Source: Alphaproteobacteria bacterium | GTDB taxonomy: Bacteria > Pseudomonadota > Alphaproteobacteria > UBA828 | Assembly: GCA_965221125.1 (NCBI GenBank) | Contig: CBDCRW010000005.1 | Coordinates: 480,001-544,000, forward strand | Length of the DNA: 64,000 bases | Direction: 5' to 3' | Shown here: piece by piece, positions 29,200 through 39,049 of the stretch | Layout: every line of letters begins with the position of its first letter | Numbering within the stretch: position 1 is the first letter of the stretch | Position numbers and translations under genes: made by a program | The notes under the pieces: model-generated | Told to the model about the DNA's origin: nothing | What the model saw: the letters and a program-made list of their open reading frames with translations, nothing else | Databases searched by the model: none

Positions 29200-30025
29200 G
29201 GGCGGCGTAGCGGTCGAGCAGCGGCATCACCCCGTCGCGCCCTTCGGAGGGCAACAGCAGCAGGGCGCGGTCCATCCCCGCCGCACGGCAGGCGTCCAGG
29301 TAGCCGGCTTCCGCCGCCGCCCCGAAGACCGTGGCGGAGACCGTGGCCGGATCGCGCCCTGCGGCCTCGGCGGCGGCCCTGAGCCTCGCCATGCCTTCCG
29401 CCGGATCGGGCAGCAGCGCGCCGCGCGGGAACCAGCCCGAGCAGAAGTCCATCACGCGGCGCATGGTGTGCACGGTCTCACCACCCAGCAGGATCGGCGG
29501 ATGCGGCTTCTGCACCGGCTTGGGCCACGACCAGCTCGGCTCGAAGGCGGTGAACTCGCCCTCGTAGGCCGCCTCGTCCTCGGTCCAGATCGCCTGCATC
29601 GCCTTGACCCGGTCCTCCATCAGGCGGAAGCGCATCTCGAAGCGCGTGCCGTGGTGCTCCATCTCCTCGGCGTTCCAGCCGGCGCCGATCCCGAAATCGA
29701 AGCGCCCGCCGGAGACGAGGTCGAGGCTCGCCACCGCCTTGGCGGTGACGATGGGGTCGCGCTCCGTCACCAGGCAGATGCCCGTGCCGAGCCGGAGCGT
29801 GCTGGTCACCGCCGCTGCCGCAGAGAGGCTCACGAAGGGGTCGAGCGTGTGGGAGTATTCCGGCGGCAGCTCCGCCCCGCCCCGCCAGGGCGAGCGCCGG
29901 CTGGTGGGGATGTGGGTGTGCTCCGGCACGAAAAGCGCCGCGAAGCCCCGCTCCTCCAGCGCCGGCGCAAGCTCGGTGAGCGCAATGGAATAGTCGGTGG
30001 CAAAGATGGTGACGCCGATTTGCAT
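29189..30025 (-). CDS. LLM-class F420-dependent oxidoreductase (Rv2161c/TIGR03619-like)
   Basis: PEHTHIP, LDPF, SLDLVSGGRF, GAGWNAEE, PKPVQKPHPP. Confidence 0.88.
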   Translation of the reverse strand: MQIGVTIFATDYSIALTELAPALEERGFAALFVPEHTHIPTSRRSPWRGGAELPPEYSHTLDPFVSLSAAAAVTSTLRLGTGICLVTERDPIVTAKAVASLDLVSGGRFDFGIGAGWNAEEMEHHGTRFEMRFRLMEDRVKAMQAIWTEDEAAYEGEFTAFEPSWSWPKPVQKPHPPILLGGETVHTMRRVMDFCSGWFPRGALLPDPAEGMARLRAAAEAAGRDPATVSATVFGAAAEAGYLDACRAAGMDRALLLLPSEGRDGVMPLLDRYAALIG

Positions 30026-30163
30026 GGGTGTCTGCTCCGAATGGGGTGGCGGATCGCGGCGGGGCCGGCGCGGCGGAAGCTCTCACGCCCCGCACGCCTT
30101 GACAAGGCGCCGGGGTGCGCGGAGCCTGCCCGCGCTGTCTCCGCCACCGCCCCGAGTAGCGCC

Positions 30164-31015
30164 ATGACCGAGGACACCTCCGCCGTAACCCCGGCCCCTT
30201 GGGAAAGCCCGACGCTGAGCCTCAAGGGCAGGGTCGCCATCGTGGCCGGCGCCGGCCAGACGCCGGGGCCGGTGATCGGCAACGGCCGGGCCACGGCCAT
30301 GCTCTTCGCCCGCGCCGGCGCGCACGTGATAGCCCTCGACCGCGACCGCGCCTCCGCCGGGGAAACCGCCGCCATGATCAAGGAAGACGGCGGCAGCGCC
30401 GAGGCCATGGTCGTCGACGTGACCGAAGAGGCTGCGCTGGTCGAAGTCGTGGAGGCCGTCGTCACCCGCCACGGGCGCATCGACGTGCTGCAGAACAACG
30501 TGGGCGTCGCCTACACCGGCGGGGATTCGCCGCTGGCAGACCTCGACGAAGCGAGCTTCGACCGGGTCATGGCGATCAACCTGCGCGGCACGGTGATGGC
30601 CTGCAAGCACGTCGTCCCGGTCATGCGGAGCCAGGGCGGCGGCGTCATCACCAACATCTCGTCCATCGCGGCGGTGGTCGACTACAAGTCGGTCACCTAC
30701 AAGACGAGCAAGGCCGGCATGATCGCCTTCTCCCGCCAGCTCGCGCTCGACTGCGCGCCGGACGGCGTGCGCGTGAACGCCATCCTGCCGGGCTACATGG
30801 ACACGCCCATGGCGGTGGACACGCAGGCGCGGCGCTACGGCAAGCCGCGCGAGGAGATCGCCGCCACCCGCGACACCTGGCAGCCGCTCCGGGGCGGTAT
30901 GGGCAGCGCCTGGGACGTGGCCCAGGCCTCGCTCTTCCTCGCTTCCGACGCCGCCCGCTTCATCACCGGCATCGCCCTGCCGGTCGACGGCGGCGTCATG
31001 GCGCGGATCGGCTGA
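30164..31015 (+). CDS. Short-chain dehydrogenase/reductase
   Basis: AGAG..GNG, NNVG, NISS, YKTSK, VNAILPG, LPVDGG. Confidence 0.92.
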   Translation: MTEDTSAVTPAPWESPTLSLKGRVAIVAGAGQTPGPVIGNGRATAMLFARAGAHVIALDRDRASAGETAAMIKEDGGSAEAMVVDVTEEAALVEVVEAVVTRHGRIDVLQNNVGVAYTGGDSPLADLDEASFDRVMAINLRGTVMACKHVVPVMRSQGGGVITNISSIAAVVDYKSVTYKTSKAGMIAFSRQLALDCAPDGVRVNAILPGYMDTPMAVDTQARRYGKPREEIAATRDTWQPLRGGMGSAWDVAQASLFLASDAARFITGIALPVDGGVMARIG

Positions 31016-31031
31016 CCGGCGCGCGCGGTAC

Positions 31032-31715
31032 TCACCCGTTCCAGATCGGGTCCTTCAGGGTGGCGACGAAGGCGGCGTGCGCCGCTGCCTCGGCCTCCGA
31101 GGGCGGCGCGGGCGGGCGCGGCGTCCTGGTGCGCCTCGGCCCAGCGCCCGGCGCCGGTGCCGCGACAGCTGCCGGCGCTGCCTGCTGCAGGCCGAGCGCC
31201 GGCTGCCGGCCGCCGGTGAGCTCCAGGTAGACGTCGGTGAGCAGCTCGGCGTCGAGCAGGGCGCCGTGCTTCTCGCGCATGGAGCGATCGATCCCGAAGC
31301 GCTTGCAGAGGGCATCCAGGCTCGCCGGCGCGCCCGGATACTTTCGGCGCGCGATGACCAGCGTGTCCACCGTCCGCTCCGGCGGGATCGGGGGCCTCTC
31401 GATGCGCTCCAGCTCGGCGTTGAGGAAGCCCAGGTCGAAGGGCGCGTTGTGCATGACGAGCTTGGCGTCGCCGATGAATTCGAGGATCGCGTCGGCCTCG
31501 TCGGCGAAGCGCTTCTGCTTCGCGAGGAAGTCGCGGGTGAGCCCGTGCACGCGCTCGGCGCCCTCCGGCATGTCGCGCTCGGGGTCGAGATAGCGCTGGA
31601 AGCGGCGGCCCGAGGGGATGTGATTGACGAGCTCCACCGCGCCGACCTCGACGATCCTGTGGCCCGCCGAGGGGTCCAGGCCGGTGGTCTCGGTATCCAG
31701 CACGACTTCACGCAT
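31032..31715 (-). CDS. dnaQ: DNA polymerase III epsilon subunit
   Basis: LDTETTG, HNAPFD, HGALLDAELL..VYLEL. Confidence 0.96.
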   Translation of the reverse strand: MREVVLDTETTGLDPSAGHRIVEVGAVELVNHIPSGRRFQRYLDPERDMPEGAERVHGLTRDFLAKQKRFADEADAILEFIGDAKLVMHNAPFDLGFLNAELERIERPPIPPERTVDTLVIARRKYPGAPASLDALCKRFGIDRSMREKHGALLDAELLTDVYLELTGGRQPALGLQQAAPAAVAAPAPGAGPRRTRTPRPPAPPSEAEAAAHAAFVATLKDPIWNG

Positions 31716-32376
31716 GATCGCCCTGCCCTTCCTGCGTCAGCGCCCCGGCCCAGCACTTGGGCCAGCGCGTGCCCCGCATGGCGCCGAGCCGGGCCGCGAG
31801 CCGCCGGGCCGCGAGCCGCGAGACCCGCCTGTCGAGGCCGGTTCGGATCACGAAGTCCGCCCGCCGGCGCTTCTCGGCATCCGGCATCTGGCGCGCGAGG
31901 ATGGCGGCCAGCCGTTCCTCGCTCATCCTCGCCCGGCCCAGCACCCGCGCGCGCTGCACCGCGGCCGGGGCGGAGACCACCAGGGTGGCGTCGCAGCGGG
32001 CCTCGCCGCCCGTCTCGAAAAGGAGCGGCATGTCGAGGACCGCGAACCGGCAGCCCCGGCGCTGGCTCGCCGCGAGGAAGCGCCGCTCGCCCGCACGGAC
32101 GAGGGGGTGAAGGATCGCCTCCAGCGCGGCGAGCGCGTCCGGGTCGCCAAAAACCTGGGCGCCGAGCGTCCCACGGTCGACCGCTGGCGCGTCACCCTCG
32201 CCGGCGGCGGCATCGGGAAAACGCGCGAGCACCGGCGCCACGGCGGCCCCGCCGGGCCCGAGCAGCCGGTGGACCGCCGCATCGGCGTCGTAGACCGCAG
32301 CACCCGCGGCCTTGAGCGCGCCGGCCACGGTCGTCTTGCCCATGCCGATCGAGCCGGTGAGCCCAAGGACGACCAC
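31708..32376 (-). CDS. coaE: Dephospho-CoA kinase
   Basis: GLTGSIGMGKTT, DAD, LHPLV, PLLFE. Confidence 0.95.
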   Translation of the reverse strand: MVVLGLTGSIGMGKTTVAGALKAAGAAVYDADAAVHRLLGPGGAAVAPVLARFPDAAAGEGDAPAVDRGTLGAQVFGDPDALAALEAILHPLVRAGERRFLAASQRRGCRFAVLDMPLLFETGGEARCDATLVVSAPAAVQRARVLGRARMSEERLAAILARQMPDAEKRRRADFVIRTGLDRRVSRLAARRLAARLGAMRGTRWPKCWAGALTQEGQGDHA

Positions 32377-32389
32377 GGCCCGCCCTCCG

Positions 32390-33229
32390 TCAGAGCCCGT
32401 CTGCGGCGAAGGCGCGAAGCGCCGCCGTCGCCTCGGCCTCGGCGCCGAACCAGGCCGCGAAACCCGGCCGCGCCTGGTGGATCAACATGCCGAGGCCGTC
32501 CACCGCCACGTTGCCGCGCGCCCGTGCCGCCCGCAGCAGCGCCGTCTCCAGCGGCGCGTAGACGAGATCGTAGACCACCGCGCCGGCCGGCAGCCGCCCC
32601 AGATCGAGGTCGAGCGCAGGCTTGCCCCCCTGGCCGAGTTGCGTGGTGTTGACCAGCAAGCCGCAGCCCTCGAGCGCCGCCTCGCGCTCTTCCCACGGAC
32701 AAGGACGGACGGCGTCGCCGGCCGCCGCGGCGAGCGCCGACGCCCGCGCGCGCGTTCGGTTGGCGACGCGGATTTCCCGAATCCCTTCGGCCTGCAGCGC
32801 ATCCACCACGGCGCGTGCCGCGCCGCCGGCGCCGAGCATCGCCACGGGCGCCCCAGAATTCCAGCCGGGCGCCTCCTGGCGCAGGTGGCCGATGAATCCG
32901 AAGCCGTCGGTGTTGTCGCCGTGAAGCGCGCCGCCCTCGCCCACCGTCACGGTGTTCACGGCGCCGATACGCCGCGCGGTCTCCGACAACGAGGCCATGT
33001 GCGCGAGCGCCGCCTCCTTGTGGGGCGCGGTCAGGTTGCAGCCGCGAAAACCCAGAGCCGGCAGCCCGGCAAGCGCCGCGCCGAGGGCCTCGGGCCGGAC
33101 CGCGAGTGGCACGTAAGCGCCGTCGATCCCCTTCTCCTCGAGCCAGTAGCCGTGAATGCGGGGCGAGCGCGAGTGCGCGACCGGCCAGCCCATGACACCC
33201 GCAAGCCGTGCCCCGCCGGTGAGGATCAT
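32390..33229 (-). CDS. aroE: Shikimate dehydrogenase
   Basis: HSRSPRIH, NLTAPHK, GAVNT, NTDG, GAGGAA, NRT, GLGML. Confidence 0.95.
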   Translation of the reverse strand: MILTGGARLAGVMGWPVAHSRSPRIHGYWLEEKGIDGAYVPLAVRPEALGAALAGLPALGFRGCNLTAPHKEAALAHMASLSETARRIGAVNTVTVGEGGALHGDNTDGFGFIGHLRQEAPGWNSGAPVAMLGAGGAARAVVDALQAEGIREIRVANRTRARASALAAAAGDAVRPCPWEEREAALEGCGLLVNTTQLGQGGKPALDLDLGRLPAGAVVYDLVYAPLETALLRAARARGNVAVDGLGMLIHQARPGFAAWFGAEAEATAALRAFAADGL

Positions 33230-33867
33230 GTCTCCGCGAGTCCGTGCTCGCGGAGGAAGGCGAGCAGCGGCATCAGCGGCAGGCCCAGCACCGAGAACCA
33301 GTCGCCCCTGATCTCCGCCAGCAGCTGCGCGCCCAGGCCCTCCGCCTCGTAGCCGCCGACGCAGGCGAGGATGCCGTCGCCCGCGCGCTCCAGGTAGCGC
33401 TCCAGAAAGGCGTCGGAGAAGGGCCGCATGGTGAGCTGCGGGCAGGCCACGTCGCCCCAGATCTCGGCGTCGTCGCGGGCCACGCAGACCGCCGTGACCA
33501 GCGTATGGCTGCGGCCCCGGAGCCGCCTGAGCTGCCCGCGCGCGTCGTCCACGTCCACCGGCTTGTCGAACCACTCGTCGCCGCAGACCAGGAGCTGGTC
33601 GGCGCCGATGACGAAGGCGCCGGACGCGCCTGCGCTCACCCGCCGTGCCTTGAGGCCGGCCAGCATTCGCGCGGTCTCGCGGCCGTCGGGGTCCTGGGCC
33701 CGCATGGCCTCCTTGACAGCGCCCTCGTCCACCCGCGCCGGCTGCACGGTGAAGGAGAGCCCCGCCGCCCGCAGCATCGAGGCCCGCACGGTCGCCTGGG
33801 AGGCGAGCACCAGGCGCCTCTCGGCGGCCTCTCCGTGCGCGCTCGGGCCCGCCTCGGCGATTGCCAT
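33226..33867 (-). CDS. maf: Maf-family nucleotide pyrophosphatase
   Basis: LVLASQ, IGADQ, KP, VLGLPL. Confidence 0.93.
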   Translation of the reverse strand: MAIAEAGPSAHGEAAERRLVLASQATVRASMLRAAGLSFTVQPARVDEGAVKEAMRAQDPDGRETARMLAGLKARRVSAGASGAFVIGADQLLVCGDEWFDKPVDVDDARGQLRRLRGRSHTLVTAVCVARDDAEIWGDVACPQLTMRPFSDAFLERYLERAGDGILACVGGYEAEGLGAQLLAEIRGDWFSVLGLPLMPLLAFLREHGLAET

Positions 33868-33939
33868 GCTCACCGCTTCCTCTTGCCTTCCGTCCCGGGT
33901 GCGCTGAAGCATATACGCTTCGTGCGCCGCGCCAACCGC

Positions 33940-34755
33940 TCAGCCGGCCTGGGCACGCCGGTCGTGCAGCTGCAGGATTGCGGCCGCGGTTTCCTCGATC
34001 GAGCGCCGCGTCACGTCGATCACCGGCCATCCGCGCCTGGCGAAGAGCCGCCGCGCCTCCCTCACCTCCTCCTCGACCTGGAGAGGATCGACGTAGCCGG
34101 TCTCGCCGACATCGCCGATCATGCGCATGCGGCTGCGGCGCACGTCGATGAGCTGCTCCGGGTGGCAGGTGAGGCCGACCACCAGCGCACTCCTGAGCGC
34201 CTCCAGCTCCTGCGGCAGCGGGCAGGCGGGGACGAACGGCACGTTCGCGGCCTTGAGGCCGCGGTTGGCGAGGTAGAAGCAGGTGGGCGTCTTCGACGTT
34301 CGCGACACGCCGACGAGGACGATGTCCGCATCGCCGAGCGTCGCCGGCGAGCGGCCGTCATCGTGGCCCAGCGCATAGTTCATCGCTTCGATGCGCTTCA
34401 GATAGGCCGCATCCATGACATGCTGGCGGCCGGGCTGGTTGCGGCTCTCCGCGCCGAGGAAGCCGCTCAGCGCGGCGATCGCGGTATCCAGCAGCGGAAT
34501 GCAGGGAACGTCGATGCGGCTGCACTCGTCGAGCAGCAGAGCGCGAAGCGGCGGGTCGACCAGAGTGAACATGACGACGCCGGGTTCGGCCTCGACATGA
34601 GCGAGGACGCGCCGGAGCTGGCTCTCGGTCCGCACCAGCGACCACAGGTGCTCGACCGCATCCACGTCCTGGAACTGCGCCGCCGCTGCGCGGGCGATGG
34701 TGATGCAGGTCTCGCCGGTGGCGTCGGAGACCAGGTGCAGGTGGAAGTTCCGCAT
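33940..34755 (-). CDS. ppsR: Pyruvate,water dikinase regulatory protein (DUF299)
   Basis: HLVSDATGET, HDDG, GVSRTSKTP, VTRRSIEETAA. Confidence 0.95.
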   Translation of the reverse strand: MRNFHLHLVSDATGETCITIARAAAAQFQDVDAVEHLWSLVRTESQLRRVLAHVEAEPGVVMFTLVDPPLRALLLDECSRIDVPCIPLLDTAIAALSGFLGAESRNQPGRQHVMDAAYLKRIEAMNYALGHDDGRSPATLGDADIVLVGVSRTSKTPTCFYLANRGLKAANVPFVPACPLPQELEALRSALVVGLTCHPEQLIDVRRSRMRMIGDVGETGYVDPLQVEEEVREARRLFARRGWPVIDVTRRSIEETAAAILQLHDRRAQAG

Positions 34756-35168
34756 GACGTCGCTCGGGTTCCCCGTTTGCACGGCCGCGGCTACGCATTG
34801 TTCAACACTCGCCTCTGGAAAAGCCGTGGGCAACGCGGCCGCAGGCGATATCCTACAGACTATCCCCAGCTTGCCGGCTCAACCAATATGCAGGGCCGGC
34901 ATAGCGGGGATAACGGTGGAGTCACCGGCGCGCTCCCTCTCTGTCCCCGCTGTCCCCACGTTTCCCAGCCTGCTGGAACGCCTCGAAGCAGCGCCGATCG
35001 GCCGCTTTTCCACCGGCGCCGCCGCGTGCCGGAGCCCCGCTTCACGACCCGGCCCACAGCCGGGATGAACGGGATAATCCCTTCTTCCCGGCCTGCAACA
35101 TCAACCATCCTTATCTATAAAGGATTAATTGAAGATAGTCTGACGAAGCCGGGGACAGAGGTCGAGCC
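34756..35168. other. Probable chromosomal replication origin (oriC)
   Basis: Divergent DUF299/hemE intergenic region, the known origin location in Caulobacter and rhizobia. DnaA-box-like 9-mers TCTGGAAAA 34814, CTATCCCCA 34860, CGGGGATAA 34905, TTTTCCACC 35006 (each 7/9 to TTATCCACA or its complement); AT-rich tract 35096-35138; GANTC at 34919. Confidence 0.8.
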
Positions 35169-36227
35169 GTGGGCGAAGGCAGAGACGACAAGCCGCTCCT
35201 CGCGGCGCTCAGGGGGGAGGTACGCCAGCCGCCGCCGCTCTGGCTCATGCGCCAGGCGGGGCGCTACCTGCCGGAGTACCGCGCGCTCCGGGCGAGGGCC
35301 GGCTCCTTCCTCGATCTCTGTTACGACCCGGCGCTGGCGACGGAAGCCAGCCTCCAGCCGTTGAAGCGCTTCGCCCTCGACGGCGTGATCCTCTTCTCCG
35401 ATATCCTGGTGGTGGCTGAGGCGCTCGGGGTGAAGCTCTGGTTCGAGGAGGGGGAAGGTCCGCGGCTGGAGCCGGTCCGCGAGGGCGGTGCGCTCCCGGT
35501 TTTCGATCGGGGGCGCCAGCGGCGCCATCTCGCGCCGGTCTACGCGGCGATGGGCCAGGTCGCCGCAGCAGTGCCGGCCGGGGTCACGGTCTTGGGCTTT
35601 GCCGGCGCGCCGTGGACACTCGCGACCTACATGGTGGGCGGCGGCAGGAGCAGAGATTTTTTGGCCGTGAAGGGCTGGGCCTATCGCGATCCCGAAGGTT
35701 TTTCGCGGCTGATCGCGACGCTGCAGGAAGCGGTCGCGGACCACCTGATCGCCCAGCTCGACGCCGGCGCCGATGCGGTCCAGATCTTCGACAGCTGGGC
35801 CGGCGCGCTGCCCGAGAGCGAGTTCCGCCGCTGGTGCATCGTGCCCGTGGCGAAGATCGTGCGCGCGGTGAAGGCGGCGCACCCGGATGCCCCGGTGATC
35901 GGCTATCCGCGCGGCTCCGGCCTCGCCTACGAACGCTTCGCCGAAGAGACCGGCGTGGATGCGATCTCCATCGACAGCACGGTGCCGCCGCACTGGGCGG
36001 CCAGGCACCTGCAGCCCTTGTGCGCGGTGCAGGGCAACCTCGACCCCGCGGCCCTGGTGGCGGGGGGCGAGGCGCTGCACCGGGCAGCCGGCGCCATCCT
36101 GGATGCACTTGGGCATGGCCCCTTTGTGTTCAACCTCGGCGAGGGCGTCGTGCCCCAGACCCCGCCGGATCACGTCGCGGCGCTCTGCGACGTCGTCCAT
36201 TCCTGGCGAGGCGGGGCGACGCGATGA
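35169..36227 (+). CDS. hemE: Uroporphyrinogen decarboxylase
   Basis: WLMRQAGRYLPEYR, FSDIL, GFAGAPWTLATYM, QIFDSWAG, QGNLDP. Confidence 0.96.
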   Translation: MGEGRDDKPLLAALRGEVRQPPPLWLMRQAGRYLPEYRALRARAGSFLDLCYDPALATEASLQPLKRFALDGVILFSDILVVAEALGVKLWFEEGEGPRLEPVREGGALPVFDRGRQRRHLAPVYAAMGQVAAAVPAGVTVLGFAGAPWTLATYMVGGGRSRDFLAVKGWAYRDPEGFSRLIATLQEAVADHLIAQLDAGADAVQIFDSWAGALPESEFRRWCIVPVAKIVRAVKAAHPDAPVIGYPRGSGLAYERFAEETGVDAISIDSTVPPHWAARHLQPLCAVQGNLDPAALVAGGEALHRAAGAILDALGHGPFVFNLGEGVVPQTPPDHVAALCDVVHSWRGGATR

Positions 36228-37258
36228 GTCGCGTCGCGGTGGTCCTGTTCAACCTCGGCGGGCCGGATTCGCTCGATGCCGTCGAGCCCTTCCTGCGCAA
36301 CCTGTTCCGCGATCCGGCGATCATCCGGGCGCCTGCGCCGCTCCGCCACTTGATCGCCCGGCTGATCGCGCGCCGGCGCGGCCCAAAGGCGCGGGACATC
36401 TATCGCGAGATCGGCGGCCGCTCGCCGCTCCTGCCGGAAACCGAGGCGCAGGCGGCCGCGCTGGCCCAGGCCCTGGACGATCTCGGCGCGGTTTCTGTCA
36501 CCGTCGCCATGCGCTACTGGCAACCCATGAGCGCGGCGGCGGCGCGGCAGGTGGCCGCCTTCCGGCCGGAGCGGATCGTGCTGTTGCCCCTCTACCCGCA
36601 GTTCTCGACCACGACCACGGCATCCTCGCTCGCGGCTTGGCGCAGGGCGGCGGCGAGCGCCGGCATCGCCGCGCGCACGCACGCCGTCTGCTGCTACCAC
36701 CGGGCCGACGGGCTGATCGCGGCTCATGCGGCGCTGATCGAGCCGGTCCTGGAGGCAGCGGCCGAGACGGGCACGCCGCGTGTGCTCTTCTCCGCCCACG
36801 GCCTGCCCGAGAGCGTGGTCGCGCGGGGCGATCCCTACCAGTGGCAGGTGGAGAACACCGCGCGCGCGATCGTCGATCGCCTGGACCGCGAAGAACTCGA
36901 CTGGACGGTCTGCTATCAGAGCAGGGTAGGACCCATGGCCTGGCTCGGACCTTCGACCAAGGACGAGCTGGACCGTGCCGGCCGCGACCGGGTGCCTGTC
37001 GTGGTGGTCCCCATCGCCTTCGTCTCCGAGCACAGCGAGACCCTGGTGGAGTTGGACATAACCTATCGCGATCACGCCCGTGGGGCGGGCGTCCCCGCCT
37101 ACCACCGCGTGCCAGCCCTCGGCACCCAGCCTGCGTTCATCGCGGCCCTGGCCCAACTGGTGCGCGCTGCGCTGGAGCGCGACGCCGGCCTCGACTCTGG
37201 CGAAGGCGGGCGGCTCTGCCCGGCCGCTCATCGCTGCTGCCCGCTGGCGGGGACGTAA
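36224..37258 (+). CDS. hemH: Ferrochelatase
   Basis: NLGGP, GGRSPL, PLYPQFS, FSAHGLP, YQSRVGP, FVSEHSETL; ATGA overlap with hemE. Confidence 0.96.
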   Translation: MSRVAVVLFNLGGPDSLDAVEPFLRNLFRDPAIIRAPAPLRHLIARLIARRRGPKARDIYREIGGRSPLLPETEAQAAALAQALDDLGAVSVTVAMRYWQPMSAAAARQVAAFRPERIVLLPLYPQFSTTTTASSLAAWRRAAASAGIAARTHAVCCYHRADGLIAAHAALIEPVLEAAAETGTPRVLFSAHGLPESVVARGDPYQWQVENTARAIVDRLDREELDWTVCYQSRVGPMAWLGPSTKDELDRAGRDRVPVVVVPIAFVSEHSETLVELDITYRDHARGAGVPAYHRVPALGTQPAFIAALAQLVRAALERDAGLDSGEGGRLCPAAHRCCPLAGT

Positions 37259-37701
37259 TGGCCGACGACCTCTACACCTGGCTCCGCGCGCTCCACGTGA
37301 TCGCGGTGATCGCCTGGATGGCGGGGATGCTCTACCTCCCCCGGCTCTACGTCTATCACGCCCGCGCCACGCCGGGCTCCGAGCTCTCGGAGACACTGAA
37401 GGTCATGGAGCGCCGCCTGCTCAGGATCATCGTCAACCCCGCCATGGTGGCAACCTTCGCCTTCGGCGGCGCCCTCCTGGCGCAGCCCGGCGTCATCGAC
37501 TGGTCGAGCGACATCTGGGTCTACCCCAAGCTCGCCCTGGTGGTGCTGCTCGCCGCCTACCACGGGCTGCTTGCGCGCTGGCGCCGCGACTTCGCCGCCG
37601 ACCGCAACCGGCGCAGCGAGCGCTTCTTCCGCAGGATGAACGAGGTGCCGACGCTCGCCATGATCGGCATCGTGATTCTGGTTATCGTGAAGCCCTTCTG
37701 A
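37258..37701 (+). CDS. hemJ: Protoporphyrinogen oxidase HemJ
   Basis: LHVIAVIAWMAGMLYLPRLYVYH, MERRL, NEVPT, VKPF; TAATG coupling. Confidence 0.96.
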   Translation: MADDLYTWLRALHVIAVIAWMAGMLYLPRLYVYHARATPGSELSETLKVMERRLLRIIVNPAMVATFAFGGALLAQPGVIDWSSDIWVYPKLALVVLLAAYHGLLARWRRDFAADRNRRSERFFRRMNEVPTLAMIGIVILVIVKPF

Positions 37702-37721
37702 GCGGGCGGAGAGCGTGAGCA

Positions 37722-38831
37722 ATGGCTGAGCGAGCAGGCGTCCTCTCGAGCACGGCGATCGCGGCGCTGATCGCCGAGGGCGGGGTCTCGGCGGGCACGC
37801 GCGTCGCCGCGGCGCAGATCCAGCCGGCGAGCCTCGATCTCCGCCTGGGGCCCGTGGCCTACCGCGTGCGCGCGAGCTTCCTGCCGGGGCGCGAGAGCGT
37901 GAGCGCGAAGATCGCGCGCCTCGGCATGCACGAAATCGACCTCGGCCAGAGCGCCGTGCTGGAGCGTGGCTGCGTCTACATCGTCCCCCTCATGGAGACG
38001 CTCGCGCTGGCGCCCGACGTCTCGGCGCACGCCAACCCAAAAAGCTCCACCGGGCGGCTCGACATCTTCACCCGGCTCATCGCCGACGAGGCGCACGAGT
38101 TCGACCGCGTCCAACCCGGCTATCGCGGCCCGCTCTATGCCGAGGTCTCGCCGCGCACCTTCAGCGTCGTGGTCCGCGCCGGCAGCCGGCTCAACCAGAT
38201 TCGCTTCAAGCGGGGCGATCCCGGCTACTCGGAAGGCGCGCTCGAGCGCCTGCATGCCGAGCGGCGCCTGGTCGAGGGCGAGGTCGCGCGCGGCGGCTTC
38301 GCCGGCGGCCTGCCGCTCTCCGTCGATCTCGCGGGCGACGGCGGCGGCCTCGTCGGCTGGAAGGCGAAGCGCCACACCGACCTGATCGACCTCGACGAGG
38401 TCGGCCGTTACGAGCCCGGCGACTTCTGGGAGCCGATCGCGCGCCCCAGTACCGGCGGCGTGATTCTCAATCCGGACGACTTCTACATTTTGGCGTCGAA
38501 GGAGGCCGTGCGCATTCCGCCGGACCACGCTGCCGAGATGGTGGCCTACGACACCCTGGTCGGCGAGTTCCGCGCGCACTACGCGGGCTTCTTCGATCCC
38601 GGCTTCGGCCACGACGAGGCCGGCGGCGGCGGCACGCGCGCGGTGCTCGAGGTCCGCTCCCACGACGTGCCGTTCATGATCGAGGACGGCCAGACCATCG
38701 GCCGTCTCCTCTTCGAGCCGCTCACCGAGCGCCCGGCGGCGCTCTACGGGCGCGGCATCGGCTCGTCTTACCAGCGCCAGGGTCTGGCGCTCGCCAAGCA
38801 GTTCAGGCAGCCGGCTCCGGACGGCGCCTAG
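37722..38831 (+). CDS. dcd: dCTP deaminase (long alphaproteobacterial type)
   Basis: QPASLDLRLG, NPKSSTGRLDIF, HYAGFFDPGFG, LEVRS. Confidence 0.9.
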   Translation: MAERAGVLSSTAIAALIAEGGVSAGTRVAAAQIQPASLDLRLGPVAYRVRASFLPGRESVSAKIARLGMHEIDLGQSAVLERGCVYIVPLMETLALAPDVSAHANPKSSTGRLDIFTRLIADEAHEFDRVQPGYRGPLYAEVSPRTFSVVVRAGSRLNQIRFKRGDPGYSEGALERLHAERRLVEGEVARGGFAGGLPLSVDLAGDGGGLVGWKAKRHTDLIDLDEVGRYEPGDFWEPIARPSTGGVILNPDDFYILASKEAVRIPPDHAAEMVAYDTLVGEFRAHYAGFFDPGFGHDEAGGGGTRAVLEVRSHDVPFMIEDGQTIGRLLFEPLTERPAALYGRGIGSSYQRQGLALAKQFRQPAPDGA

Positions 38832-38870
38832 AAGGCATGACCACCAGGCATGACGTCATCGAATCTTCGT

Positions 38871-38900
38871 TTGACACGGCGGAACGGCAGCCGATAGGGT
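38871..38900 (+). promoter_or_regulatory. Putative sigma70 promoter of rho
   Basis: TTGACA (38871) - 18 nt - TAGGGT, followed by a C-rich leader of about 150 nt. Confidence 0.55.
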
Positions 38901-39049
38901 AGCGTTCACGTCCGCCGCAGCGGGCGGGCTTCCTGTCCGCCGACGGCGCACCCTCTCATAAAAGCCGCTCGCCGCCCTCACCAGGTTTGCGCCCTTCACG
39001 TGCCGCCGTCCGGCGGTGCGGCTCTCCTTCCACAACGGCAGCTCCCGCC

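Noticed and set aside
30099-30104. TTGACA upstream of the SDR gene
   Set aside because: No acceptable -10 element at 16-18 nt spacing.
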